64,000 bases of DNA from Antedon mediterranea (lineage: Eukaryota > Animalia > Echinodermata), in contig NC_092670.1 of assembly GCF_964355755.1 (NCBI RefSeq), positions 2,904,201 through 2,968,200 on the forward strand. The letters run 5' to 3'. This document shows, one piece after another, positions 13,023-26,264 of this stretch. The notes beneath the pieces were generated by a model. The model saw nothing but the letters and a program-made list of their open reading frames with translations. It searched no databases and was not told the DNA's origin. Made by a program: the position numbers and the translations under genes. The first letter of the stretch is position 1; the number at the start of each line of letters is the position of its first letter.

Positions 13023-14266
13023 TTCCCCTGACCAAATTTTGTGCAACCCTTCCATTTCATATTTTTGACACCCTAATGAATAACTGTGCAAAGTTTCAGA
13101 ATGTTATCACAATTTGAAGGATTGGGTCACTTAACAGGCCTACTATTACAACTCCACTCCCAAAGACTTGTAATAAGACTCTGTTAAGCATAAGTTTCCT
13201 AAAGAGAAAGAAAGTTATGAAGATGAGATAAATTATAAAATAAAATTAATATTAATCCCTACCGTTTCTCGACCCTCAGTCACCGAGATTAATTTGTTTA
13301 GCATTGGGAGTACATTAAAATAAAGTATGTCAATTAAGGTCCAGGGACCACCAAATGGCCATTCGTAAGTTTCCATCTCTTTACCAGCTTTGAAGGAAGT
13401 GGCCCAAATAAATACGCTCAAATTGAATTAGATAGTATTTATAAGCATTTATATACATCCACATCGTATTTTCGATTTGTGTGTCATCATTATCAACTGT
13501 CTTTTACGTTTTCTATTACTTTTATTTTGTTTATGTGCTTGTGGAATTAACATTTTTTTAGATGACAGAGATACCACCTAATTTCACTATCATGGGATGC
13601 CCATTGACATCCTTATACCAATACCACCAGCGACAGACATTTTGTCTGCTGCAATGCCCGTCAGACCCGCCGAGGGAGGGCCTAAAAATGGGGTTAGCAT
13701 AGAATAGTAAGGTACCACTCAAAATTAATGCCAAATGAACAAGTTGTGTTCATACAATACTAAATGGGTAACGACAGACTAATTGTCTGCTGCACCGCAA
13801 GTGCCAGACACCCTAAAGTTTGACTGGAGACCCCCTTCCCCCAACTGGCATAGATTAGATATTGTAGATACCACCAGCAACCAAGGCAGTGGTTGTCTAT
13901 ATAGGCCATTTCATATTCATTACAGGTTGGTTGCTGATGGTATCTACAATATCTAAGGTTACATATGGTATACTTATGGTAAGGGGAGTCTCTAGTTAAA
14001 CTTTAGAGGGTTCTGCCTGGGCCAAGGATAGTGTAATAGGTCATTTCGTATTCCTTACAATGTGCTAAATCATATAACATTGGTTGCTGTCGTTGGTGAT
14101 ATTGGTATATATATGGTATATATACATGGTTACGTAAACAAGAATAGAAAAAAAAAAAAAATCAATTATCGTAGAGTATATAATAAGCATCATTCAGTTA
14201 AACTATGTCTCATTTGAGGCTTAGGGAGTGAAAGAGTGTGAGTTATAACCATATATGGCGGCACTA

Positions 14267-14341
14267 AATCAGGATTGAACCCCGGACCTTAGGATTGGAA
14301 GGCAAACACCAACCTCTATGATACAGCTCTACTCCAATGGC
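14267..14341 (-). repeat. tRNA-derived (SINE-head-like) sequence, with an inverted degenerate partner at ~8893-8950
   Basis: The minus strand reads ggagtagagctgt...taaggtccggggttcaatcc (B-box GGTTCAATCC). 8898-8945 reads ggagtggagttgt...gggtcctgggttcaagtcc. Confidence 0.5.
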
Positions 14342-14941
14342 TGTCAATGGTGAAAACATAACGGCACACAACATAACATAAACATGCTTCGTAGTTTCTT
14401 TTCTCCAACTACAATTTGGTTTTTAATTACTCCTGTAAACAATGTGCATTATGATGATTACGTCATTTTATAGACAAAGGAAACTTTATAGTATGCGTTT
14501 TCAAAAATAGGTGAATAAACATATACAGTACATATTTGTTTTTTTATTGACGAGGTTGTAATAGTAACTTCAGTAACTATTACAGTATTTATTTGTTATA
14601 CGACACAAGACAAGTGTATCTGATAGGTACGTACATTTATTCGAAAAAATAAGTCTAGATAGATAACTTAGGCGTCTGAAATCACGGCCCAACAAATCAG
14701 TACTCATGACAGCAATTCGATCTAGTTTTGTTCACACAAATGTTTCCAGGAATTTTAACACCGCAACCAATGATTAGCCCTAAATATTTAGTAAACTGTA
14801 TGATAATCCCTAGCTTAATAAGAGGTACACTATACAGTTTAATTCAGTGCACAAACTGCAGTGTTCGCAGCTTTCACGCTACAGTAATTTCACTGCAGAC
14901 TTCGTACGCAGTTGTTTACCGCTTGAAGATTTGGACGCTTA

Positions 14942-15318
14942 CACTGTAAAAAAAAATTGTTAAATTTACGGTAAAAAGCTGGCAGCAGTTTTGCCAAGGA
15001 AAACCCGTAAAATTGACGGTTAAACTGTAAATTGTGTAACGGTCAAAAACCGCAAAACTAACATTTGTTTGTAATTTATTTTACGGTTAATTGTATTTTG
15101 TTTTACAATATACTGTAAAAAAAAATTTTCAATTTACAGGATTTTGTAAACAAAATTACATTGAAATTTAAAATAATTTACAGTAGACTGTATTAAAACA
15201 GTTTCCCGTAAATTAAATTACAGTGAACTGTTAAAGAATTTACGGTTTTCCAAAAATAACCATGTATTTTACGGTTTTTCCTTGGCAAAACTGCTGCCAG
15301 CCTTTTACCGTAAATTTT
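14942..15318. mobile_element. End of an EnSpm/CACTA (CMC)-like element
   Basis: CACTGTAAAAAA terminus and inverted subterminal motif tttacggtaaaaagctggcagcagttttgccaagg / ccttggcaaaactgctgccagccttttaccgtaaa. Confidence 0.6.
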
Positions 15319-16551
15319 TCATTGTTTTCTTTTCTTTGTATACAGATGAGTCACATACAGTGCATCAGGAAACAAGTTTTTCATCTACTGTACGATAGCA
15401 ATATTTAGATTTTTATTCCGAAATGTACAACACTTTGTACAGTATTTTCACATTACTATGTAAGACTGAAATGAATAAAGCAAAGCATTGTTATGGTTAA
15501 CAAGGTACACTATTTATTACACATTCTACGATTCTATTACCAGATTACAGGATAAAGTCCTAAATCACATATTACAAACCAAATTTTATTGTTACACGTA
15601 ATAGATTTGTACTTTTTGTCTGTCTGTTGTATAAAAACTAAACAAATTCTAGTTTTCTTTAAATTAATGTATAAATGTAATGAAATGTACTTAAATTTGA
15701 TTATGAATTGCAAAAAGATTATTATTGATTTAAAAAAAAACAACAGTGGCCTGCATCGTCAAAGATCAAAGTCCAGGAGCCTATCCTGGCAAGTCAATGC
15801 TCATTGTCATGTTGCTTGATGAACATGCCTGTCAAAATTATAAAAATATATTATAAATAAAATTAAATATTAATTATTCCACAACATATATTACAGATGA
15901 ATCAGGCGATACAACTGTAATGAAATGTTAGCTTCAATTCAAGGTTAATTATAATTATTTAAACTGTATAATTATAATCATAAGCGTATTGTTGTTCGAG
16001 CAAATCAAAAGTACTTACTACAATAAAGCACAGGTAACTCACACCCATGGCCGGCTTGCAGTGTTGTAAAAATAACATGAGTTGCTTTAGTTGCTTTAAA
16101 GCTATATAATACACACAATACTTTTATAGCCAGGGTTATTACACATTTCTTGGTAGTTATATTAACTGCAAATGATCTACAATTTAAAAATTTAAAAAAT
16201 ACAGTATGTACTGTACTGTATTTTATCATATCCTAATATTACTTGTATTGTAGGTTTTAAATTGAAGGGGTGTTAGATTTTGACTAAATATATGTTACCA
16301 TTTTACACCCTAAAAATAAATGTCCCTCCTTCCCTTCTGAACATTTCTTTGAATAAATACGGTTTCTATGTATGAAAACACTGATAAATGTACCTTTGCT
16401 AGGGGTTCTACAAACAATCAATTTTAATTAATTAAAAGAAAGTGTAAATGGGCTGAGCCAGATTGTTGTAATTTTTACCCAAATTAAGTCATTTTAAATC
16501 TCAAAATAAATCATGATTAAATTCAAAATAAATATTTAAACCACCTACTTT

Positions 16552-17138
16552 TTATGTAGTCCATTCCAGGTCACTCATTTTGTTGATTATGGTGAGAACC
16601 TTAGGATGTATTGAATAATTCTTCTTATTTTTTCTGACTGCTGATTTTGACCCTTTGTCAGGATTCATTAGCATAAAGCTTCTGAAAGAAACAAAATAAT
16701 GTAGTTTATCATAAATTTGATACTGGAAAAGAATAAGCAAATTGCATTTTATTAGGAAAAAAAATAAAGCATTCTAATATTTATAGTTGTGAACTGTTAA
16801 AAAGCTTGCTTTTATAGTCACTTTCAAATGAAAGACACATTAATATCACCAAGTGTTATATTACATTTGGTCTAAAAATAATTAAAAACACTACTGTAGA
16901 TGTTCAAATTCAAGCCAGTAGCAGCATAAAAGCCAGTGAAACTATACAATAAGTATGCAAAACATACCTTTGAAAAAATCCATCGTAGCTGCAACATCTC
17001 AGCATTATACTGGATTCCAAAACAGTAGTATGCAGCGAACAGCATTTCTAATCCAGACACACACACGTAACAATGTTATTATTAATACAACATGGCCATC
17101 AACAGCCAGCATCCACTTTGATGTTGTTAAAATTTCCT
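16552..17138 (-). pseudogene. Last two exons of a SAMD3-like accessory gene of EnSpm/CMC transposons (17138-16968, 16681-16552)
   Basis: Spliced reading WMLAVDGHVV...GLEMLFAAYYCFGIQYN..AATMDFFQR|SFMLMNPDKGSK...IHPKVLTIINKMSDLEW, with a frameshift. GT-AG intron, oriented toward the CACTG end. Confidence 0.65.
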
Positions 17139-19744
17139 CTGTAAATTAAGAAAAAACCTAATAATTTTTTACAACATAACAAGCACACTTTTATTTGATA
17201 CAAGAAGAAGTCTAAAAAAAGAGAACCTTATTCTCAAGATGTTTCAATGCCAAAATAAACAATGCAAGGACTGGCTTTCTTTCTCCTTTTCATTTAAAGT
17301 TTGCAACACTTTAACATACTCTACTACTACTACTGGGTGGGCATAGTCTGGACTAGTGAATCCTAGCTCGGCTAGTAGGCACTAACCAACCCAGGGCGGG
17401 AGGGGCCGCCGGTCCCAATTACATTTAAAAAAAAGTTGTATGTAGGCCTAGCTACTGTAGGCCCTATATAGTAGTTAATAGGCATAATTATTGTTATTTA
17501 ATAATTAATAACTATAAATAATGTCAATTCCTGAAAAGATACTAGGCAGGCCTAGGCCTACTTGTATACAATTTATGGTGGAATAATAATATTTAATATA
17601 CTATAGGTTAATTAAATAGAAAAGTACATTTTAATTACTTTATTGAATAATGTTAAATTCCTGAACAGTGAAAGTATACCGTATTTAACATGGTGGCCTA
17701 TATAGGTCGGGATCCTATACTAGGTCTACTACTACTACTACGGCTCCCTTTCACTTTCATCAACAACAAGACCTAGCTAGGCCTACTACTAGCCAAGCAT
17801 TTGTATTTTGTACTGTACGGCCTAGCCTAGGCCTACCTCCTGACTGCTGAGTCCTGGTCTAGCTAGAGGCTTTTTAGGCAGGCCTGTATTGTGTACAGTT
17901 AGGCTATGTCAGGCCAGAGTCTGAGAGTAAGTCAAGCCTAGCCTGGCTCTCTTTAACAGTTTTAACCAATTGCGGTTTGCTGCAGCACGTCGCTGAGAGT
18001 TAGTCATACATATATTGTATTTGTCTTGAGGTATTGCCTGTTAAAGAATAGCACGGGCTATACCATTGTACTGTGGGTAATTGCGGTCAAATTTATAATA
18101 AATATTGAAAACTGCAGCTTTAGGAAAACAATTTCCTGATTGCTGCCCTCTATATATTAATTTTTATTCCATGGATTTTTAACTGTATTCAAAGATATTT
18201 GCTGTATTGTAGAAACCTGCTGTGTAAAGTTTTATTTTTTTTTACAAACTCGTGTTTTCTTTTACGTTTCTACTTTGATAAATTACGGTGTATTTTTGTA
18301 GTATGCTTTAAGATTTTATTTCAATTGCCATATACAATTAATAAGAAATAATCAAGGCAATTTTTCATCGAGTGATCGGACACGAAGTATTTTCAACCCC
18401 CATCCCCTCGTGGAGGCTTGCTATGTAGTATAGCATAATTATTGAATTTCTATAGATATTTTGCTTTTTTCGTGTTTCTTTGAAACAAAATGGGTAGGAG
18501 GTAGTATTTCAAAATGTAATTCATTATTTGTGATGACATTTAATTATGTATTGATTCCTTTCAGTGGTGAGAAAAAAGAGAGCACCAAGGAGAGCGATGA
18601 CAGATATCACCAAAGGGCGTATCCTCTACTCTAGAACTCTAGACAAACAAACAATACATACAACAATTATTCATTTAAATGAATTTTAATATAAAAAAAA
18701 AAAATAACAGGTTAATTATGTACACAAAATGGAAATATAATTTAAAAGAAGAGAAAGTGTCCCGGTAATTCATAATGGACCAAACCAATTCTAAATGTTC
18801 TCTGACCTATCAGGAATTAATATCCATAATTCTTAAGTGACCATTCCTGTGCTAAATTTACTTAACGCCCTTAATTAGTGCTAATTAGACATTTAATTAG
18901 AATTGTTAGTACATTAACGAAATTCACGTCACATATACTTATGAACAGGATTCATCATTCAAGTTTGAAATTCGGGGCCAAAGGTCAGTTTAATAAAAAA
19001 TCAGATTAAATTTGAGTAGCCTACATTAACCAAACCAATTCTAAAATGTCCTCTTTTATATACTACAGGCCTACTGAATAACATTGTTGCTACACAAACT
19101 TTCTATTACTACTTAGGCCTATTGATAAATATTCACTTCTAGTCTAAAAATGCAAAATGTTCACAGATTTATACCACGAGTACATTTAATAAAATGAAAT
19201 TGTCGTGTTATCAATATACGAAACTACAATAATATTCTTCGAAAGTGCATTATTGTGTTTTTGTTATACACAATACATTTCTGTACTTAATTTAAGATCA
19301 ACACCCACCCATTATGTAATAGGTCTAATAATAATTTTAAAAGTTATACCGAGATGTATAAAGAAAAAGGCCCAATCATAATTTCATTTACACGACAACA
19401 ATTTACGTTAAAAACTAATATTGATTTCATTTCATTTCATTATTTATTTGGTCTATTTGAGTATATACATAACAACAACAAAATTTAAATTGGGGATTCA
19501 AAATGTATATATTTTAAGTCGGTGTACCTCATTTGACCACAGAAAACAGCACAATGTGTTCAATCAAATATTCTTATAATTTATTTTTGTTGATAGTTTA
19601 GTTACAAAATGTTCTGTATTTCATTTCTTTTGTTGCTATGGAAAGTTTGTCTGAAATAAAATTTGAATTGAATTATTATTGTATATTTATTTTTTGTAAC
19701 GTCTGTTCACTATAATAAAGGAATCAATATATTTTGGACGGTCT

Positions 19745-20355
19745 GAGGTACCCCCGTGACAGATTTGACCCCGTTATAATATAACAGTTAATAGATATCT
19801 ATTTTAGTAGGTGCAATATATCACGGACTTTCTAGACTATTAGGTACCCCCGTGAAAGATTGCACTTGAAAAATCGATCTAAGAATGTTAATTATTTTAA
19901 CACTAAACCACAATAGTTCAATTTGGTCAGATAAGATGGACATACCGCATTGTACCTATACCACTAGGATCTCGAAAACTAAACACTGTCTTCAATCAAA
20001 TAATTTAATTAATAAATAATAATTCTTGGTTCTCCCCTTTTGTCATTTTTTTGCAAATGGATACAAAATCCTATGCTGAAATAGTGTATCACCGTGACAG
20101 ATTAAACCCTACAGTAAATATATACATTAAGGGATACAATATATTACGGGCTGTCTACCCCCGAGACAGATGAGATTGGACCCCTTATATTATTACATTC
20201 AATAACTATCTATTTTATGGGGTGCAATATATTACGGACTTACTAGAATATTAGGTATCCCCGTGACAGATTACACTCCCTCTATATTATAACAGTTAAT
20301 AACTATATAGGGGATAACATATATTACGGCCTTTCTAGAATTATTAGGTACTCCT
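19745..20355. repeat. Degenerate ~90-100-bp repeats upstream of the KDZ gene
   Basis: ggtaccccgtgacagatt...caatatattacggactttctagaatatta recurs about 5-6 times. Confidence 0.65.
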
Positions 20356-20820
20356 AGCTACGAGCCTACATACAATATAAAGATGTCCGATTCTGTTAAT
20401 GAATGTAGGTTGTGATTAAACTATAAATTAATTATTTATTAATTATTATTAGTACATTAAATTACGATATACTGTTATTTCATCGAGTTATCAAGTTCTC
20501 ATTGCATACGTTTTGATTTGAGCATAGAGATATTATAGTTCACTTTATAACATCTCTATTTATTTGAGGGAGGGAGGCCAGGAGTGTCATCCCTTAGGAA
20601 TGTTAAAATTTGATGGATTAGAGGATGTAGATTTCAAGGGAAAGGAGGTCGGGGGCAACAGGGGACATTGCATAAACCACGAGGAATGTAAATAAGGCTA
20701 AGGAACGGAAGGAAATCAAAATATGGATAATGCCCTACAAAAATGACAGGTTGATGAAACTTACCCACACTGTTTTGTTTGATTGATGGGTACGTACATA
20801 CGAATCTGTTTCTTACAATT

Positions 20821-20867
20821 TGATTGGTTAGCAACCCCTAATTTGTTTTGCTAAATCTCTATAAATA
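20821..20867 (+). promoter_or_regulatory. Putative Pol II promoter (inverted CCAAT box and TATA box) of the KDZ gene
   Basis: tgattggtta at 20821 and tataaata at 20860, about 140 bp before ATG 21007. Confidence 0.4.
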
Positions 20868-21006
20868 CAGATTAATTTATTAAAAAGTAGTAAAAGAAAT
20901 GGTTGTTTCTTACACCGCATGCATTGCTGAAAATTTCGATATAAACTAAATAAAATAATTTAGAAGTTTGTTTGCTACCGTACCAGTGTGAAATTGCAGC
21001 ACACAG

Positions 21007-21022
21007 ATGGCTACACCTTTCA
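21007..21022 (+). CDS. Probable first coding exon (MATPF-S) of the KDZ transposase-like gene
   Basis: ATG GCT ACA CCT TTC A|gtaagt is a perfect donor in phase 1, matching the phase-1 acceptor at 33701. Confidence 0.5.
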
Positions 21023-21093
21023 GTAAGTAATGCTGTAGGCCTATTTATCCAATTTCTTATAATCAAGTAATAGAAACTGAATTTAGATAATAT

Positions 21094-21295
21094 TCAATTG
21101 CTTTAAATATAATTTATCTTATATAAATTGATATTAACATGTTCCCTGTGATGAATAATATCATAAAAAAATGTATTTAAAGATACATTTGAGCATTTAC
21201 AGGAATTTTCCTTAAGAGCTTGGTTTTTATAAAACGTATTTATTTGCTTTAAATATAATTTATCTTATCTAAATTGATATAAACATATTCCCTGT
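21094..21295. repeat. Diverged first ~1.3 units of the 157-bp satellite
   Basis: Same sequence as the main array (catgttccctgtgatgaataatatcat...gagcatttacagg), starting ~70 bp after the donor. Confidence 0.85.
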
Positions 21296-21483
21296 GGCCC
21301 TGTTTCTGCTGCCAAGAAAATACCGTATTTTATACGGTATTTTGTGAATACCGTATAGGCCTATAGACCGTATTTTTTTGGCTGCAGAAACTGCGCTCAA
21401 AAAAAAATACCGTATTTTGTATACCGTATTTTCCCCACAAAATTTGTGGATAAAATACGGTATTTACAAATTTATACCGTATG
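21296..21483. mobile_element. PIF/Harbinger-like element fragment
   Basis: ggccctgtttctgctgccaa and ataccgtat repeats, matching 49622-49681 joined to 51902-52030. Confidence 0.75.
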
Positions 21484-21487
21484 AAAA

Positions 21488-22319
21488 ATAATTGTTTTTA
21501 ATAGCTGAACACCGGTTGAGCTCAAGTACAGCATCATAATGTTGAAGACAGGCTGATTTTCTTTAAAAAAAAAAAACTATTTCGATAGATTTAATAAACG
21601 TTTATACAATTGTATTGATTTGCGATGAATGGAACATTCCAATCCCTCAGTCTGTCAGTTTGGTTTAACACAAGTAGGTAAATTTATGAGCCCTTAAGTA
21701 TAACACATAAATTTATGGGCCCTTAGAGAATAAACTTGCAATAGTGGGACAATACTGTACTGTAAATATATATTAACCATTTTTGGTCGTCATTTGCATC
21801 GAAAATTTGCTTCTCAACGTTTGTATTATAATTAATAATTATAAAAAATATAAATGTCGTAGTGGTGTATTGTTACATACTTTACTATTTCAATTGACTA
21901 TAAAAGGGACAGTTTTAACAAAGTATTAAATCGCAATTGTTTTACTGTATTTAGTGGTATATTAAATATTTATAGGCCTATAAAACATGAAACAATATTT
22001 CGTTACTTCACATCCTCTTCCCAATCCCTAAACATAGGCCTACATACAAAACACACATTTGGTTTATTTTAAGTCCAAAATTTGGACTCATTTTATGACA
22101 AGTTTCTCTTTCGGAAGTAATACCCAGGGTGCTAATTTTAGTTGACTACATAAATCATCGTGTCTATTTATTCGTTTTCTGACAATGTATTAGTCCGGTA
22201 GTACGTAGGCTACATTATTTTAAAGTCGCCAGTTTTTTTACGCTGAAATTACTGTGTATTCCAGAACCATTGTGGACACGCCTCAGATGGTACGCGAGCG
22301 AAGCGAGCGTACAATCTAG
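21488..22319 (+). mobile_element. Helitron-like non-autonomous element, copy 1 (5' truncated)
   Basis: Similar to 25362-26264; ends with hairpin gatggtacgcgagcgaagcgagcgtacaat followed by CTAG. Confidence 0.75.
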
Positions 22320-25144
22320 TTAAATATAATTTATCCTATCTAAATTGATTTAAACATGTTCCCTGTGATGAATAATATCATATTCACTAAATAAAAATGT
22401 ATTTAAAGGTACATTTGAGCATTTACAGGATTTTTTCTTGAGAGCGTGTTTTTTGTTGAACACGTCTTTAATTGCTTTAAATATAATTTTTTTTATCTAA
22501 ATTGATATAAACATGTTCCCTGTGATGAATGATATCATATTCACTCATTAAATATTTATTTAAAGGTACATTTGAGCATTTACAGGATTTTTTCTTGAGA
22601 GCGTGTTTTTTGTTGAACACGTATTTAATTGCTTTAAATATAATTTTTCTTATCTAAATTGATATAAACATGTTCCCTGTGATGAATGATTATATTCACT
22701 CAATAAAAATGTATTTAAAGGTACATTTGAGCATTTACAGGATTTTTTCTTGAGAGCGTGTTTTTTGTTGAACACGTCTTTAATTGCTTTAAATATAATT
22801 TTTCTTATCTAAATTGATTTAAGCATGTTCCCTGTGATGAATAATATCATATTCACTCAATAAAAATGTATTTAAAGGTACATTTGAGCATTTACAGGAT
22901 TTTTTCTTGAGAGCGTGTTTTTTGTTGAACACGTATTTAATTGCTTTAAATATAATTTTTCTTATCTAAATTGATATAAACATGTTCCCTGTGATGAATA
23001 ATATCATATTCACTCAATAAAAATGTATTTAAAGGTACATTTGAGCATTTACAGGATTTTTTCTTGAGAGCGTGTTTTTTGTTGAACACGTATTTAATTG
23101 CTTTAAATATAATTTAACTTATCTAAATTGATATAAACATGTTCCCTGTGATGAATAATATCGTATTCACTCATTAAATATTTATTTAAAGGTACATTTG
23201 AGCATTTACAGGATTTTTTCTTGAGAGTGTGTTTTTTGTTGAACACGTATTTAATTGCTTTAAATATAATTTTACTTATCTAAATTGATATAAACATGTT
23301 CCCTGTGATGAATAATATCGTATTCACTCATTAAATATTTATTTAAAGGTACATTTGAGCATTTACAGGATTTTTTCTTGAGAGCGTGTTTTTTGTTGAA
23401 CACGTATTCAATTGCTTTAAATATAATTTTTCTTATCTAAATTGATATAAACATGTTCCCTGTGATGAATGATATCATATTCACTCATTAAATATTTATT
23501 TAAAGGTACATTTGAGCATTTACAGGATTTTTTCTTGAGAGCCTGTTTTTTGTTGAACACGTATTTAATTGCTTTAAATATAATTTTTCTTATCTAAATT
23601 GATATAAACATGTTCCCTGTGATGAATAATATCATATTCACTCATTAAATATTTATTTAAAGGTACATTTGAGCATTTACAGGATTTTTTCTTGAGAGCG
23701 TGTTTTTTGTTGAACACATATTTAATTGCTTTAAATATAATTTTTCTTATCTAAATTGATATAAACATGTTCCCTGTGATGAATAATATCGTATTCACTC
23801 ATTAAATATTTATTTAAAGGTACATTTGAGCATTTACAGGATTTTTTCTTGAGAGTGTGTTTTTTGTTGAACACGTATTTAATTGCTTTAAATATAATTT
23901 AACTTATCTAAATTGATATAAACATGTTCCCTGTGATGAATAATATCGTATTCACTCATTAAATATTTATTTAAAGGTACATTTGAGCATTTACAGGATT
24001 TTTTCTTGAGAGCGTGTTTTTTGTTGAACACGTATTTAATTGCTTTAAATATAATTTTTCTTATCTAAATTAATATAAACATGTTCCCTGTGATGAATAA
24101 TATCATATTCACTAAATAAAAATGTATTTAAAGGTACATTTGAGCATTTACAGGATTTTTTCTTGAGGGCGTGTTTTTTGTTGAACACGTATTTAATTGC
24201 TTTAAATATAATTTTTCTTATCTAAATTAATATAAACATGTTCCCTGTGATGAATAATATCATATTCACTAAATAAAAATGTATTTAAAGGTACATTTGA
24301 GCATTTACAAGATTTTTTCTTGAGAGTGTGTTTTTTGTTGAACACGTATTTAATTGCTTTAAATATAATTTAACTTATCTAAATTGATATAAACATGTTC
24401 CCTGTGATGAATAATATCATATTCACTCAATAAAAATGTATTTAAAGGTACATTTGAGCATTTACAGGATTTTTTCTTGAGAGCGTGTTTTTTGTTGAAC
24501 ACGTATTTAATTGCTTTAAATATAATTTAACTTATCTAAATTGATATAAACATGTTCCCTGTGATGAATAATATCATATTCACTCAATAAAAATGTATTT
24601 AAAGGTACATTTGAGCATTTACAGGATTTTTTCTTGAGAGCGTGTTTTTTGTTGAACACGTATTTAATTGCTTTAAATATAATTTAACTTATCTAAATTA
24701 ATATAAACATGTTCCCTGTGATGAATAATATCATATTCACTAAATAAAAATGTATTTAAAGGTACATTTGAGCATTTACAGGATTTTTTCTTGAGAGTGT
24801 GTTTTTTTGTTGAACACGTATTTAATTGCTTTAAATATAATTTAACTTATCTAAATTGATATAAACATGTTCCCTGTGATGAATAATATCATATTCACTC
24901 AATAAAAATGTATTTAAAGGTACATTTGAGCATTTACAGGATTTTTTCTTGAGAGCGTGTTTTTTGTTGAACACGTATTTAATTGCTTTAAATATAATTT
25001 AACTTATCTAAATTGATATAAACATGTTCCCTGTGATGAATAATATCGTATTCACTCATTAAATATTTATTTAAAGGTACATTTGAGCATTTACAGGATT
25101 TTTTCTTGAGAGCGTGTTTTTTATTGAACACGTATTCAATTGCT
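22320..25144. repeat. 157-bp satellite array, block 1 (~18 units)
   Basis: catgttccc at 22355, 22512, 22669 and onward gives a period of 157. Confidence 0.97.
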
Positions 25145-26264
25145 TCTATATATGATTTTAACCACCTGATGTAACCCTGTTTACTAATTAAATTTAGTTA
25201 GATAATCAGTTATTGACAATTAAAACGAATTTAGGTTCAACCATTTGCCCCAAATAGGGGTGTTTTCCGATCGTGGTATACACTGTCTAATGGATGTCCT
25301 CATGAAAAATACCTGTACACAATAATACGAGGATACTTCGCATTTTCCTATCTCCTCCTACGATAATTGTTTTTAATAGCTGAAAACCGGTTGAACAGCT
25401 CGAGTAGAGTATCATAATGTTGAAGACAGGCCGATTTTCTTTAAAAAATACTATTTTGATAGATTTAATATACGTTTATACAAATGTATTGATTTGCGAT
25501 GAATGGAACATTCCAAATTATTTGGTTTAACCATGCTTGCATACCTCCATGATTTAACACAAGTAGGTCAATTTATGGGCCCTTTGAGAATAAACATAAA
25601 TAGTATTGTAAACCTATACAATACTGTAAATAGGTATTAACCACTTTTGATAGCCATTTGAATCGCAAATTTCTTATTGTGTGCGTTGGTAGGCCTACTG
25701 TTTATTATAATATAAACAAATATACTAATAAACTTTATTACTGTGAGTGTGGGTAGCCCCTACTTTTAGATTATAAACACATAATAATATAATACTTTAT
25801 TACTGACAGTTGCTTCTCAACGTTTGTATTGATTAATAATTACAAAAAATATAAACGTCGTGGTGGTGTATCGTTACATGTACTTTACTATTTCAATCGA
25901 CTATGACAGTGACAATTTTAACAGTTATTAAATCGGAAATGTTTTACTCTATTTAGTGTTATGTTATTTATAGGCCTATTAAAAAAAAAACCCAACCCTC
26001 AATAATGTTAGATACAAAATACAAATTGGGTTTGTTTAAATGAGTCCAAATGAAACATTTGGACTCATTTTGTGAGAAGTTTCTCTTTTGGAAGTAATTC
26101 GCACGGTGCTAATTTTGGTTGACTACATAAATACATAAATAAATGTTTTATAGTCATGCGGTACGTAGGCCTACATTTTGAAATCGCCAGTTTTTTTACG
26201 CTGAAATTACTATGTATTCGAGAACCATATGATGGCACGCTCGCTTCGCTCGCGTACCATCTAG
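25145..26264 (+). mobile_element. Helitron-like non-autonomous element, copy 2, inserted in a satellite unit without TSD
   Basis: tgct|TCTATATAT...hairpin gatggcacgctcgcttcgctcgcgtaccat-CTAG|ttaaat. Removing it restores tgctttaaat. Confidence 0.85.

Larger units (their letters stand above)
8979..13145. mobile_element. Academ-type DNA transposon derivative forming a 4.17-kb foldback
   Basis: tta|tagtaggcatgttaag ... cttaacaggcctacta|tta (TAG..CTA termini, TTA duplication). The ~2-kb arms are inverted copies of each other and both carry transposase 3' remnants. Confidence 0.85.
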
